This document shows positions 9,070-17,715 of a stretch of 22,620 nt of DNA, piece after piece. Position numbers and translations under genes: made by a program. Below the pieces are notes generated by a model. That model was given only the letters and a program-made list of their open reading frames with translations. It was not told where the DNA came from and made no database searches. This stretch comes from Cyanobacteria bacterium auto_48_18 (lineage in GTDB: Bacteria > Cyanobacteriota > Vampirovibrionia > Obscuribacterales > Obscuribacteraceae): positions 1-22,620 of the forward strand of contig JAVHQC010000014.1 in assembly GCA_036170915.1 (NCBI GenBank). The letters run 5' to 3'. The first letter of the stretch is position 1. The number at the start of each line of letters is the position of its first letter.

Positions 9070-9828
9070 ATGCAACCGCTTAAAAATGCATACGACCACG
9101 GTGACTATGCCATTGTGGTTCGGCTGGGGCGAGAGATTACACAAGCGCATCCAACCAACGCTCTGGCTCATTATTATATCGGCAATGCTCTTGTTGGCTT
9201 ATCGAGGCCCAGCGAGGCAGCCGTTGAGTACCAAAAATGCATTGATATCAACAAAAACGATGCAATTGGCGTTAACTCTGCCCAGGCCATTAACACTTTG
9301 AGACGAGGTCCCGCACCTCTCCCAACTGTGATGCCCGAGAGAACTATTGTCACGAAACCACCCGTTAGGCAGCCGGTTGTAAAAGAGCCGGTAACACAAA
9401 CGCAAATTGATTTGAAAAGACTGCGAGACGTGGCCACACATGAAGAGAGATTGGCTTCCGAAAGATATGATCAAGAAGTCAGTCAAATTCAAAGACAGAG
9501 AAACTTGTCGGACGAAGCGTTAAAAGTTAAAACCAGAGAAGCTTTTCAAAAGTACCAAGCAGAGCAAGTTGAAATCGAAGTCCGCTATAAAAACAAGGCT
9601 TTAGACCTTAGCAAACGCGGGTTTGCTGGCGCGGATGAGACTAAGGGCAACCGTATGGTGCCTCAGGGCTCTAATGCGTATGTGCAGAATTTTGAAAATC
9701 TTGGCGGCGATTCTGATGACATATCAATTCCTTTTGAAAATCCAACCCTGGCAAAAGCAAAAAGTCTCACCGTTCAGAAAAGCAGACCCTTGCCTGGCAA
9801 GAAGTCTCAGAAGAGCTTGAATAAATGA
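9070..9828 (+). CDS. TPR protein with Pro-rich linker and coiled-coil region
   Basis: TPR signature ALAHYYIGNAL...AAVEYQKCIDIN, followed by a charged helical segment. Confidence 0.8.
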   Translation: MQPLKNAYDHGDYAIVVRLGREITQAHPTNALAHYYIGNALVGLSRPSEAAVEYQKCIDINKNDAIGVNSAQAINTLRRGPAPLPTVMPERTIVTKPPVRQPVVKEPVTQTQIDLKRLRDVATHEERLASERYDQEVSQIQRQRNLSDEALKVKTREAFQKYQAEQVEIEVRYKNKALDLSKRGFAGADETKGNRMVPQGSNAYVQNFENLGGDSDDISIPFENPTLAKAKSLTVQKSRPLPGKKSQKSLNK

Positions 9829-10844
9829 GCGTGCGCAGTGGTTTCTTTCAAAAGTGTATATGGGTAACAGTTTTTGTTCTCATGGTGCCTCTGGCAGTTG
9901 AAGCGCAAAAACCAAGCGAAAAAAAATTGTATGGTCATATTAACAAGCTTGGTGCAATCTTTCTTTCAGCTGGTGTAGTACCTCAGAGCACGCAGTTTCC
10001 TACTCCTGTTTTGAGAGTGAGATTGGGCTCGCCTGCTTACTATGCCGGCGTTCAAGCTGGCGATCAGATATTAAGCGGAAACGTAGGCGAAAATATTCTC
10101 AATTTAAAAATTCAGCGAGGCGCTCAAATATTTTTGACTAGATTGCGCGCTAAAACAGATACCACGTTGACCCCCTTCAAGCCTCTGCAAGCGGCGGCTT
10201 CGGAACAGACTTTGATAATGGGTTTGAAAGATTTTGACATTACCTTTATTGTTGATCATTCTGGTTCCATGTCTACTCCCGTTCAAGGCAGTGGTCAGAT
10301 GCGCTGGCAATGGATCATAAAACAACTTTCGGAGTTTTGCGAAGAGGCAGACAGAAGGGTCAGCTCTAAGTTTACGCTCTGCATTTTCAATACTGCTCAC
10401 AAAATTTGGCACGGTTTAGGTAAAAATGAATTGGTGAATATTCTCAATAGGAATGTCACCACGGGCGATACCGATCTGGCACCGGCCATTACTAGAGTTT
10501 TTCAAGATCATTCTCTGTCTCAATCTAAAAAACCGTTATTATTGTTTGTTATTACCGATGGACAGACGCTTTCCAGTGAAGTCAATACAAACATGATTCT
10601 GGAGTACGCTCTCAATAATCCAAAAGGCAAGCTAATGCAAGTGGTCTGCATTCAGGCTGGCTATTCCGACGAAGGGGCAGCCTTTATCACTGCTCTAAGG
10701 CGCAGTTGTGCCGCCCATGGTATGTCTCACGCGGTTCATGGTTTGCTTTTTTCTGACGTCTCGCAAAATGGATTATTGCCACTGGTGGATAAATATCTGG
10801 CAGAAATCAGAATCTCTTCAGACAGAGCGGCTGTTACTAAGTGA
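9825..10844 (+). CDS. Exported PDZ + von Willebrand factor A domain protein
   Basis: Signal peptide (VTVFVLMVPLAVEA), PDZ-like VRLGSPAYYAGVQAGDQIL and intact MIDAS (DHSGS, GDT, ITDG). ATGA overlap with the upstream gene. Confidence 0.88.
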   Translation: MSVRSGFFQKCIWVTVFVLMVPLAVEAQKPSEKKLYGHINKLGAIFLSAGVVPQSTQFPTPVLRVRLGSPAYYAGVQAGDQILSGNVGENILNLKIQRGAQIFLTRLRAKTDTTLTPFKPLQAAASEQTLIMGLKDFDITFIVDHSGSMSTPVQGSGQMRWQWIIKQLSEFCEEADRRVSSKFTLCIFNTAHKIWHGLGKNELVNILNRNVTTGDTDLAPAITRVFQDHSLSQSKKPLLLFVITDGQTLSSEVNTNMILEYALNNPKGKLMQVVCIQAGYSDEGAAFITALRRSCAAHGMSHAVHGLLFSDVSQNGLLPLVDKYLAEIRISSDRAAVTK

Positions 10845-10865
10845 CGTTAGCTAAGAGTTGTCCTT

Positions 10866-11867
10866 GTGGCGTTTGTTCTTTGCTCGCAGCGGGAATTTAT
10901 TGTTAGCCCATTGAGCTATTTCGCCGTGCACGATAACTTACAACTTATGGCCGAATCGGCACTCACACGCGGCCTTTATGGCGAAGCAGAGGGGTTGTAT
11001 CAACGTCTTTTGGCACGTCACGGCAATAGTTCAGACGATCCGGTTGTGGCAGATTGTCTGCGTGGTCTGGCTGCCTGCTATCTTGGTCTGGCAAGATTTG
11101 TGGAGGCTGAAAAAGCCGCTAACCGTGCCCTCGCCATAGACGAAGATTTCTGGGGCGGCGGCTGCTTGCAGGTGGGCGAGGCTTATTTTCTTATGGGCGA
11201 GGCCAGTCGTCTGCAGGGCTTTCTCGGTCGGGCCGAATTTTTCTATCTTGAGGCGATGACACACAGATTGGCGCATCTTGGCCCAAATCACACTTCGGTG
11301 GCGCAGGTAAACGCAAGGTTGGCTCTGCTGGGCTTGATTCACGGCCTGTATCCAGATTTAAACCAGATGATGCTCAGTTGTTATGCCGTCTACGAAACCA
11401 GCCCATCTCACGCTGAGTTTATTGATTTTCTAGAATTGCCCGCTACTTTTAAATTTTTCAGCGAACAAGGTCGCCGCGTGGAAGCGGAAGCGCTTTTTAA
11501 AAACGCCATGTCGGCTTTAGAAACCCTTTTCGGCCGCAGTCATCGCGAACTGGTTAATCTGACCCGCAGCTACACTTTCTATGCTGGTGGTGGTGCGCCA
11601 AATTTGCAGCAGTGGCAGAAACGGGTAACTGCAAGCGTTGTACTGGGCGAGAATATGGAGCAAAAGGCTCAGCAATACATCAATACACTCGAATACGACA
11701 AAGCAGAAAGCATTTACTTACTGCAGCTGCGTTTGACCAGAGAACAACGGGGAGAGCACTCACCAGAAGTGAGGCACATTCTCATTAATTACAGCACATT
11801 GCTCAGGCGCTGGCAGCGCAATGATGACGCTTTGATGATTGAGAAGTTGGTCAAACAACAGTTTTAA
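10866..11867 (+). CDS. TPR protein (kinesin-light-chain-like TPRs); start uncertain, possibly ATG at 10947
   Basis: GLYGEAEGLYQR, DDPVVADCLRGLA, LGPNHTSVAQ, GEHSPEVRHILINYSTLLR. Confidence 0.85.
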   Translation: MAFVLCSQREFIVSPLSYFAVHDNLQLMAESALTRGLYGEAEGLYQRLLARHGNSSDDPVVADCLRGLAACYLGLARFVEAEKAANRALAIDEDFWGGGCLQVGEAYFLMGEASRLQGFLGRAEFFYLEAMTHRLAHLGPNHTSVAQVNARLALLGLIHGLYPDLNQMMLSCYAVYETSPSHAEFIDFLELPATFKFFSEQGRRVEAEALFKNAMSALETLFGRSHRELVNLTRSYTFYAGGGAPNLQQWQKRVTASVVLGENMEQKAQQYINTLEYDKAESIYLLQLRLTREQRGEHSPEVRHILINYSTLLRRWQRNDDALMIEKLVKQQF

Positions 11868-11881
11868 GCAGCGCACCAATT

Positions 11882-13090
11882 TTATTTGTTGGCTTTTTTC
11901 TGCTCGGGCTTTTGTGCAGCTGGTGCCTTGTGCACACCATTTGTATTCTGCGTACTCTGCATACCCTTAGCCATATTGTCGAGAGCTTCACGCATAGCTT
12001 GAGTGTTATCGAGACGCAAACATTCATCAGCTATTTTTTTCGCATCTGCTTCGCGCCCGGCGCCGATATAAGACCCATAGAGCAAAAGCACCATATTGGG
12101 GAATGGATCGAAATCTTTAGCGAATTCGGTGTCGGGACGCGGCTTGGTCATGTCTTTAGCCTGCTTGTAAATCTCATTTACTTTTGCGATTGGATCTGGA
12201 TACAGATAGTTTGTCAGGTCAGTCCATCTTAAGTTTGAGTACAAAACCGGTTCGAGTAGCGCAGCATTTTTCTTCAAAATTTCGCCTTGCTTTGCGTCAA
12301 TTTTGATTTTGTCAAACCAGGCAAGCGTGTGAGCATTGTCGCCCAGGGCGCCATTGAGAACGATCCAGTCGCCGCGATTGTCTTTTTCAGCTGCGTCGCG
12401 CAGTTCTGTGATTTTTGCTTTGGCGGCAGGATGCACCGCGCTAAGTCTTTTGACTTCTGCAGGCAGCATTGAATATCGAAAATCGCGAAGGCTGCTGTCG
12501 GCAGTACTGATGTTGTTCCAGAGCCACACATATTCTTCTAGAGCTTCAGCATTCTTGGCCGCAGACTGCAGCTCTCGTGCCTTGTTAATGCGCGACCAGA
12601 TATCGTTGCTCTGATTCTCATTTTGATCTTGAGCAGGCTCCTGATTATTGCTTTGCTCAACTTTATTTGCTTTGCCGCTCTTGGCGCCTTCAAGCCATTG
12701 TAGAAGCTCTGAGGCTCCCATAAAACCGACTTGTCGGCCAAATTCGCTGTTGTTTTGCGGCGTAAATAAAACGAGCGTGGGCATGGCTTCAACATTTAGA
12801 GCCGAGGTTGTTTTCTCGTCTTTATCTACGTCAATTTGCAAGGCAACAGCATTTTCTTTCACCCAGGCCTGCACATCACTGTTGCTCCAGGTGGTTGATT
12901 CCATCTTTTTGCAAGGTGGGCACCAGCTTGCCGTAAAATCTACAAGCAAAAGTTTCTGTTCTTTTTTTGCTTGCTGTTTGGCCTGCTCAAGTGACAGGTC
13001 ACTAAAGATTTGGGCATGACACCAGGCGCTCTGGCCCCACAAGAAGATCATCGCCGTAGAAAGAAGCGCACGCTCAATTGTTTTTTTCAT
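11882..13090 (-). CDS. Exported thioredoxin-family protein with helical C-terminal domain
   Basis: Signal peptide, VDFTASWCPPCKKM active site, IDVD and cis-Pro motif AMPT. Confidence 0.9.
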   Translation of the reverse strand: MKKTIERALLSTAMIFLWGQSAWCHAQIFSDLSLEQAKQQAKKEQKLLLVDFTASWCPPCKKMESTTWSNSDVQAWVKENAVALQIDVDKDEKTTSALNVEAMPTLVLFTPQNNSEFGRQVGFMGASELLQWLEGAKSGKANKVEQSNNQEPAQDQNENQSNDIWSRINKARELQSAAKNAEALEEYVWLWNNISTADSSLRDFRYSMLPAEVKRLSAVHPAAKAKITELRDAAEKDNRGDWIVLNGALGDNAHTLAWFDKIKIDAKQGEILKKNAALLEPVLYSNLRWTDLTNYLYPDPIAKVNEIYKQAKDMTKPRPDTEFAKDFDPFPNMVLLLYGSYIGAGREADAKKIADECLRLDNTQAMREALDNMAKGMQSTQNTNGVHKAPAAQKPEQKKANK

Positions 13091-13123
13091 TGTGATATCA
13101 CTTTTGTCTTTATGCAGTTGATG

Positions 13124-13663
13124 TTAGTACAGTCGCTCTTTATAGACGCCATATTGATCGGAACGCCCAAGGGTCATAGAAAATCTATAGGTATTTTCAA
13201 AAAGTTCAGGTGGCGGCATAGTTTTAAGGCAAGGTGCGTTTTTGTAGTCGCAGCGCACCCATGTTATATGCGGAAAGAATGACTGGGGTAAAGTGGTGCC
13301 GGCAATTTCTAGCGCTGTCAGTGTATCGAAGACAGATTTTTGTAGACGTGCGATCTCTGGAGTTAAGCTTACACTTAAGCCAACCCAATAGGTGCCCTTG
13401 TTCTGTGCATTTCCTGGTTTGATGCAGAGAGAATGTATTTTCAGCTCGAGAGTTGTGATCGGTAGCGTTTTCAATGTCGACCAAACTTCAGCCAGGCGTT
13501 CTGGCTCTGCCTCAAATTGGCAGAGAGTAACGTGAGGTAGAGCTTCTTTACCAAGCAAATATTGGTCGGCCTGGTGAGCAAAATTTGTCTGCGCCAGGTT
13601 GACGCAAAGCGTTGCCAGCCCAGGGTCTTCGGCGAGCATGGCTATGTTGAAATGAGTGAGCAA
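13124..13663 (-). CDS. 2H phosphoesterase (2'-5' RNA ligase / LigT-like family)
   Basis: Two HxT motifs, PHVTL and PHITW, about 80 aa apart. TTG start is 1 nt after the tyrS stop. Confidence 0.85.
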   Translation of the reverse strand: MLTHFNIAMLAEDPGLATLCVNLAQTNFAHQADQYLLGKEALPHVTLCQFEAEPERLAEVWSTLKTLPITTLELKIHSLCIKPGNAQNKGTYWVGLSVSLTPEIARLQKSVFDTLTALEIAGTTLPQSFFPHITWVRCDYKNAPCLKTMPPPELFENTYRFSMTLGRSDQYGVYKERLY

Positions 13664-13664
13664 T

Positions 13665-14933
13665 TTATTTGGTCAACCTTGCAAATTTTCGTCGGCCCAC
13701 TTGCAACACTTTTTCGGTGCCACTACCGAGTGCGACTACAAAGTTGGGATCCTTAATCGTCTCTCCGTCAAGCTTGACGCCGTTGTCCTGACAAAGCCTT
13801 TTGGCTTCGCTGGTAGAAGGAACCAAGCCGCTGTCAACGAGCAGACGGAAAATCGCTTTATCTTCGAGCACCGCATATGATGGCATGTCTTGCGGTGCCT
13901 GGCCGTCGCTGTGTACATTATTCCATTCGGTTAAAGTACTTTCTGCAATTTCTTTACCGTGATACTGGGCCACAATTTGTGCTGCCAGCTTCAGTTTGGC
14001 ATCTTTAGGATTGCCGCCGGCTTTTAAATGAGCCGCTTCGATGGCGTCAATTTCAGCACCGCTTAAGGTGGTGGCCAGTTCGAAATATTTGAGAATCATT
14101 TCGTCAGGAATACGCATACACTTGCCGAACATTTCGCTAGCCGGTTCTTTTAGACCAACATAGTTGCCGTAAGTTTTCGACATTTTCTTGACGCCGTCGG
14201 TGCCTTCCAGAAGCGGAAGCAACATTGCCATCTGTTGATCAAGATTGTAATTAGGTTGTAGTTCACGACCCTGCAAAATATTGAAGCGCTGGTCAGTGCC
14301 ACCAAGTTCAATGTCGGCCTTAATGGCAACAGAGTCGTAGGCCTGCAGCAGTGGATAAAAGAGTTCGTGCAAGGCCACAGGTTGTTGCTTTTCCAGTCTG
14401 TCGCCAAATGCTTCTTTAGCAAGAAGCTGGTTAACAGTGACTGTGCTGGCCAGTTTGATTACTTCTTTAAGAGTCAGTGGAGCTAACCAATCGGTGTTAT
14501 TGGTAATTTCAGTGGTTTTGAGGTCAAGAATCAATCCCATCTGGTCCAAATAAGTCTTGGCGTTTGCGGCCACAGCTTCTTCGGTCAGTTGCGGGCGAGT
14601 GGCATTGCGCCCTGTGGGATCGCCTATTAAGGCCGTAAAGCCGCCGATGATCAGCACTATTTGATGGCCAAATTCCTGAAAACGTCTGAGCTTTCTAAAA
14701 ACTACTGCGTGGCCGAGGTGTAAATCGGTAGAGGTCGGGTCTACTCCCAACTTCACTCGCAGCTTTTTGCCCGATTTATAAGCGTTATTAAGTTTACGAG
14801 CCAGGCCCAGGGGGCCTTCCGGTAAAGCTTCGGCTCCACGACAGAGCTCAATTGCTTCGGCCAGCACCTCGTCTGGAATGCCTTCTTTTTTTGCCTGCTC
14901 GGTCAGAACGCTTGCATTGCCCTTGGATTCCAT
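13665..14933 (-). CDS. tyrS: Tyrosine--tRNA ligase
   Basis: KLGVDPT, HLGH, IGDPTG, YPLLQAYD, GGTDQ, KMSKT and a C-terminal S4 domain. ATG 14933 (AAGGG RBS) is preferred over 15002. Confidence 0.97.
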   Translation of the reverse strand: MESKGNASVLTEQAKKEGIPDEVLAEAIELCRGAEALPEGPLGLARKLNNAYKSGKKLRVKLGVDPTSTDLHLGHAVVFRKLRRFQEFGHQIVLIIGGFTALIGDPTGRNATRPQLTEEAVAANAKTYLDQMGLILDLKTTEITNNTDWLAPLTLKEVIKLASTVTVNQLLAKEAFGDRLEKQQPVALHELFYPLLQAYDSVAIKADIELGGTDQRFNILQGRELQPNYNLDQQMAMLLPLLEGTDGVKKMSKTYGNYVGLKEPASEMFGKCMRIPDEMILKYFELATTLSGAEIDAIEAAHLKAGGNPKDAKLKLAAQIVAQYHGKEIAESTLTEWNNVHSDGQAPQDMPSYAVLEDKAIFRLLVDSGLVPSTSEAKRLCQDNGVKLDGETIKDPNFVVALGSGTEKVLQVGRRKFARLTK

Positions 14934-14992
14934 CTTTAGCCCTTCTTTTTTAGCGCGCTTTTCAGCCTGATTTGGCTGGCGAGTCGCTAAAA

Positions 14993-15001
14993 ATCTTAGC
15001 A
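14993..15001 (-). promoter_or_regulatory. Putative extended -10 (TGcTAAGAT) for tyrS
   Basis: The minus strand reads TG-C-TAAGAT about 60 nt upstream of ATG 14933. Confidence 0.45.
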
Positions 15002-15016
15002 TGCGGTGATTTTTTC

Positions 15017-15045
15017 TTGAGGGATGAAAACATACGAAGTAAGAT
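15017..15045 (+). promoter_or_regulatory. Putative sigma70 promoter for leuS
   Basis: TTGAGG-N17-TAAGAT, 40 nt upstream of the start. RBS AGGGGA at 15070. Confidence 0.5.
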
Positions 15046-15084
15046 TCAAAGGCTCAATATATGAAGAACAGGGGATAAATTTTA

Positions 15085-17640
15085 ATGGCTAGCCAGTACT
15101 GTCCACAAGAAATCGACGAAAAGTGGCAACAGCGCTGGGAAGAGCTGGGCATCTATAAAGCTATTGATAACGACTCCAAACCCAAATTTTATTCACTGGT
15201 AATGTTTCCTTATCCGTCAGGTGACCTGCATATGGGTCACATGCGGGTTTACACCATTTCAGACGTTATTAGCCGCCACAGGCGCATGCAAGGCTTCAAC
15301 GTATTGAACCCCATGGGCTGGGATGCGTTTGGCTTGCCGGCAGAGAATGCGGCTATGAAACGTAAGCTGCATCCGGAAAGTTGGACTAAAGAAAATATTC
15401 GCTACATGCGCGATGAGCAGCTGAAGAAGCTTGGTACGAGCTACGACTGGGAGCGCGAAGTTACAACCTGCGACAGCAACTATTACCGCTGGACTCAGTG
15501 GATCTTTTTGAAGATGTACGAAGCCGGCCTGGCTGTGCGCAAATCGGCGCCGGTCAATTGGTGCCCTGAATGTCAAACGGTATTGGCTAATGAGCAAGTT
15601 GAAAATGGCGCCTGCTGGCGGCATCCGGAGACACCAGTAGAGCAAAAGCAAATGCATCAGTGGTTTCTAAAAATCACTAACTATGCTGAAGAACTGTTGG
15701 CTGATCTCGACACTCTCAAAGGCTGGCCTGAGCGCGTGCGTGTCATGCAGCAAAACTGGATCGGCAAATCTCAAGGGGCCGAGCTGTTCTTTAAAGTGAA
15801 AGAACACCCCGAACTGCAAGTCAATGTTTTTACCACTCGACCTGATACCACTTTTGGTGTCAGTTATCTCGTTCTTGCTCCTGAAAATCCACTGGTGGCA
15901 AAGTTGACCACGCCTGATTGCAAGGCCAAGGTCGACGAATATGTGGAGCAGTCAAAAAAGAAAACCGAATTAGACCGCATGACCGCTGAAAAGACAAAGA
16001 CCGGCGTGCCCACTGGTTCACATGTAATTAATCCCTTTAATGGCCAAGCGGTGCCGGTGCTGGTCTCTGACTACGTGCTAATGAGCTATGGTACTGGTGC
16101 AGTTATGGGTGTGCCGGCGCATGACGAGCGCGATTTCGCCTTTGCTAAAGTCTTTAATTTACCCGTCACTGAAGTTATCTCAGCTGATGGCAAAGATACT
16201 GTAGGCGGCTTGCCGGCAGCATTTTTAGATCAGGGAATTATGCTTAATTCCGGCGAGTTCAATGGTTTAGGCAGCGCCGAAGCAAAATTGAAAATGATCG
16301 CCTGGGCTGAAAGCAATAAGGCAGGAAAAGCACATACCCAGTTTCGTCTTCGCGACTGGTTAATCAGCCGGCAGCGTTACTGGGGCTGTCCTATTCCGCT
16401 TGTGCATTGCGAAAAGTGCGGCATTAATCCTGTGCCAGAAAAATCTTTGCCGGTAATTTTGCCGGTAGAAGGTGTGGAGTTTACTGGTGAGGGCGGCTCC
16501 CCTCTTAAGAGAATGAACGATTGGCTCACCGTCGACTGCCCCAAATGTGGTGGCACTGCGCAGCGCGAGACCGATACTATGGATACATTTATTGATTCAT
16601 CCTGGTATTTCCTGCGCTATGTTGATGCCAAAAATCCAGAGCTTGTTTTTGCTCAGGACAAAGTCAATTACTGGATGCCTGTAGATCAGTATGTAGGCGG
16701 TGTTGAGCACGCAATTTTGCATTTGCTTTATTCGCGCTTCTTCACGCGCGCTTTGCGTGACATGGGTCTCGTGAAGTGTGCAGAACCTTTCACCAACTTG
16801 CTTTCACAGGGCATGGTGACTATGCATTCGCCGGTCTCAGGGCGCATCGAAAAAATGTCTAAATCACGGGGCAACGTGGTCGGCACACTCGATTTCTTTA
16901 AAAAATATGGTGCCGACGCCGCTCGCTTATTTACGCTGTTTGCTTCTCCACCAGAGCAAGAACTTGAGTGGAACGAAGATAGCGCTGTTGGGCAATATCG
17001 CTTTCTGGGCAGAATCTGGCGTCTCGTTGATGAGCTGCTAGAGAAGGGCAGCATTGACAGCAAGCTGGCCGGCCAGAAAATAGACAGCGAGAAGTTAAAC
17101 GCCGTGGATAAGGCACTTTTAAAACAAGTGCACAAGGCAATTAAAGCTGTTTCCACTGATCTTGGCAATGAACATTATGGTTTCAACACCGCCATTGCTC
17201 GTTGTATGGAGCTCGTAAATGCTCTTTATAAATATGTGCAAGAAGTGGGTCCCAATGACAAAGAAGGTGAGAAAGTTCAAGAGCCTTCCGCATTACTGAC
17301 TTTCGCCATTCGTAATTTGCTGCTGATAATTGCCCCTATGGCACCACATATTGCCGAAGAGTTGTGGCATCTATGTGGTTTCGCCAGTGGTGCCCAAGAT
17401 TCTATTCATACCAGCAGCTGGCCTCAGTTCGATGATGCTTTGACGGTTGATCAAGATATAGAGCTGGTGCTTCAAGTCAATGGCAAGATTGTCAACAAGG
17501 TTGGCGTGGCCCGCGGTTTAGATCGACAAAGCGCTGAAGATCTTGCCTTTGGCGATGACAAGATGAAGGCGAAATTGGGCGGAGCGCAAGTGCGTAAAGT
17601 GATTGTGGTGCCTGACAAGCTTGTCAACGTAGTTATCTAG
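15085..17640 (+). CDS. leuS: Leucine--tRNA ligase
   Basis: [26 protein letters not shown], editing domain TTRPDT / [31 protein letters not shown]. Confidence 0.99.
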   Translation: MASQYCPQEIDEKWQQRWEELGIYKAIDNDSKPKFYSLVMFPYPSGDLHMGHMRVYTISDVISRHRRMQGFNVLNPMGWDAFGLPAENAAMKRKLHPESWTKENIRYMRDEQLKKLGTSYDWEREVTTCDSNYYRWTQWIFLKMYEAGLAVRKSAPVNWCPECQTVLANEQVENGACWRHPETPVEQKQMHQWFLKITNYAEELLADLDTLKGWPERVRVMQQNWIGKSQGAELFFKVKEHPELQVNVFTTRPDTTFGVSYLVLAPENPLVAKLTTPDCKAKVDEYVEQSKKKTELDRMTAEKTKTGVPTGSHVINPFNGQAVPVLVSDYVLMSYGTGAVMGVPAHDERDFAFAKVFNLPVTEVISADGKDTVGGLPAAFLDQGIMLNSGEFNGLGSAEAKLKMIAWAESNKAGKAHTQFRLRDWLISRQRYWGCPIPLVHCEKCGINPVPEKSLPVILPVEGVEFTGEGGSPLKRMNDWLTVDCPKCGGTAQRETDTMDTFIDSSWYFLRYVDAKNPELVFAQDKVNYWMPVDQYVGGVEHAILHLLYSRFFTRALRDMGLVKCAEPFTNLLSQGMVTMHSPVSGRIEKMSKSRGNVVGTLDFFKKYGADAARLFTLFASPPEQELEWNEDSAVGQYRFLGRIWRLVDELLEKGSIDSKLAGQKIDSEKLNAVDKALLKQVHKAIKAVSTDLGNEHYGFNTAIARCMELVNALYKYVQEVGPNDKEGEKVQEPSALLTFAIRNLLLIIAPMAPHIAEELWHLCGFASGAQDSIHTSSWPQFDDALTVDQDIELVLQVNGKIVNKVGVARGLDRQSAEDLAFGDDKMKAKLGGAQVRKVIVVPDKLVNVVI

Positions 17641-17654
17641 CCACAGATTAGATT

Positions 17655-17683
17655 TTGACTATCTATTGCTACCTCTGTATATT
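17655..17683 (+). promoter_or_regulatory. Putative sigma70 promoter for the rhomboid-like gene
   Basis: TTGACT-N17-TATATT, near consensus, 32 nt before ATG 17716. Confidence 0.6.
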
Positions 17684-17715
17684 AATGAGCTAGTAGATAG
17701 CATTGAGCGGGTTAT

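Noticed and set aside
9046..9171. N-terminal extension of the 7909-9171 ORF
   Set aside because: It overlaps the clear TPR of the divergent gene and would bury the signal peptide.
14879..14955. Short duplicated AKKEG-coding motif 60 nt apart at the tyrS start
   Set aside because: It is a low-complexity purine run that doubles as the RBS and is probably coincidental.
14934..15084. T-box riboswitch for tyrS or leuS
   Set aside because: The region is too short and no GGTGGNACC antiterminator motif was found on either strand.
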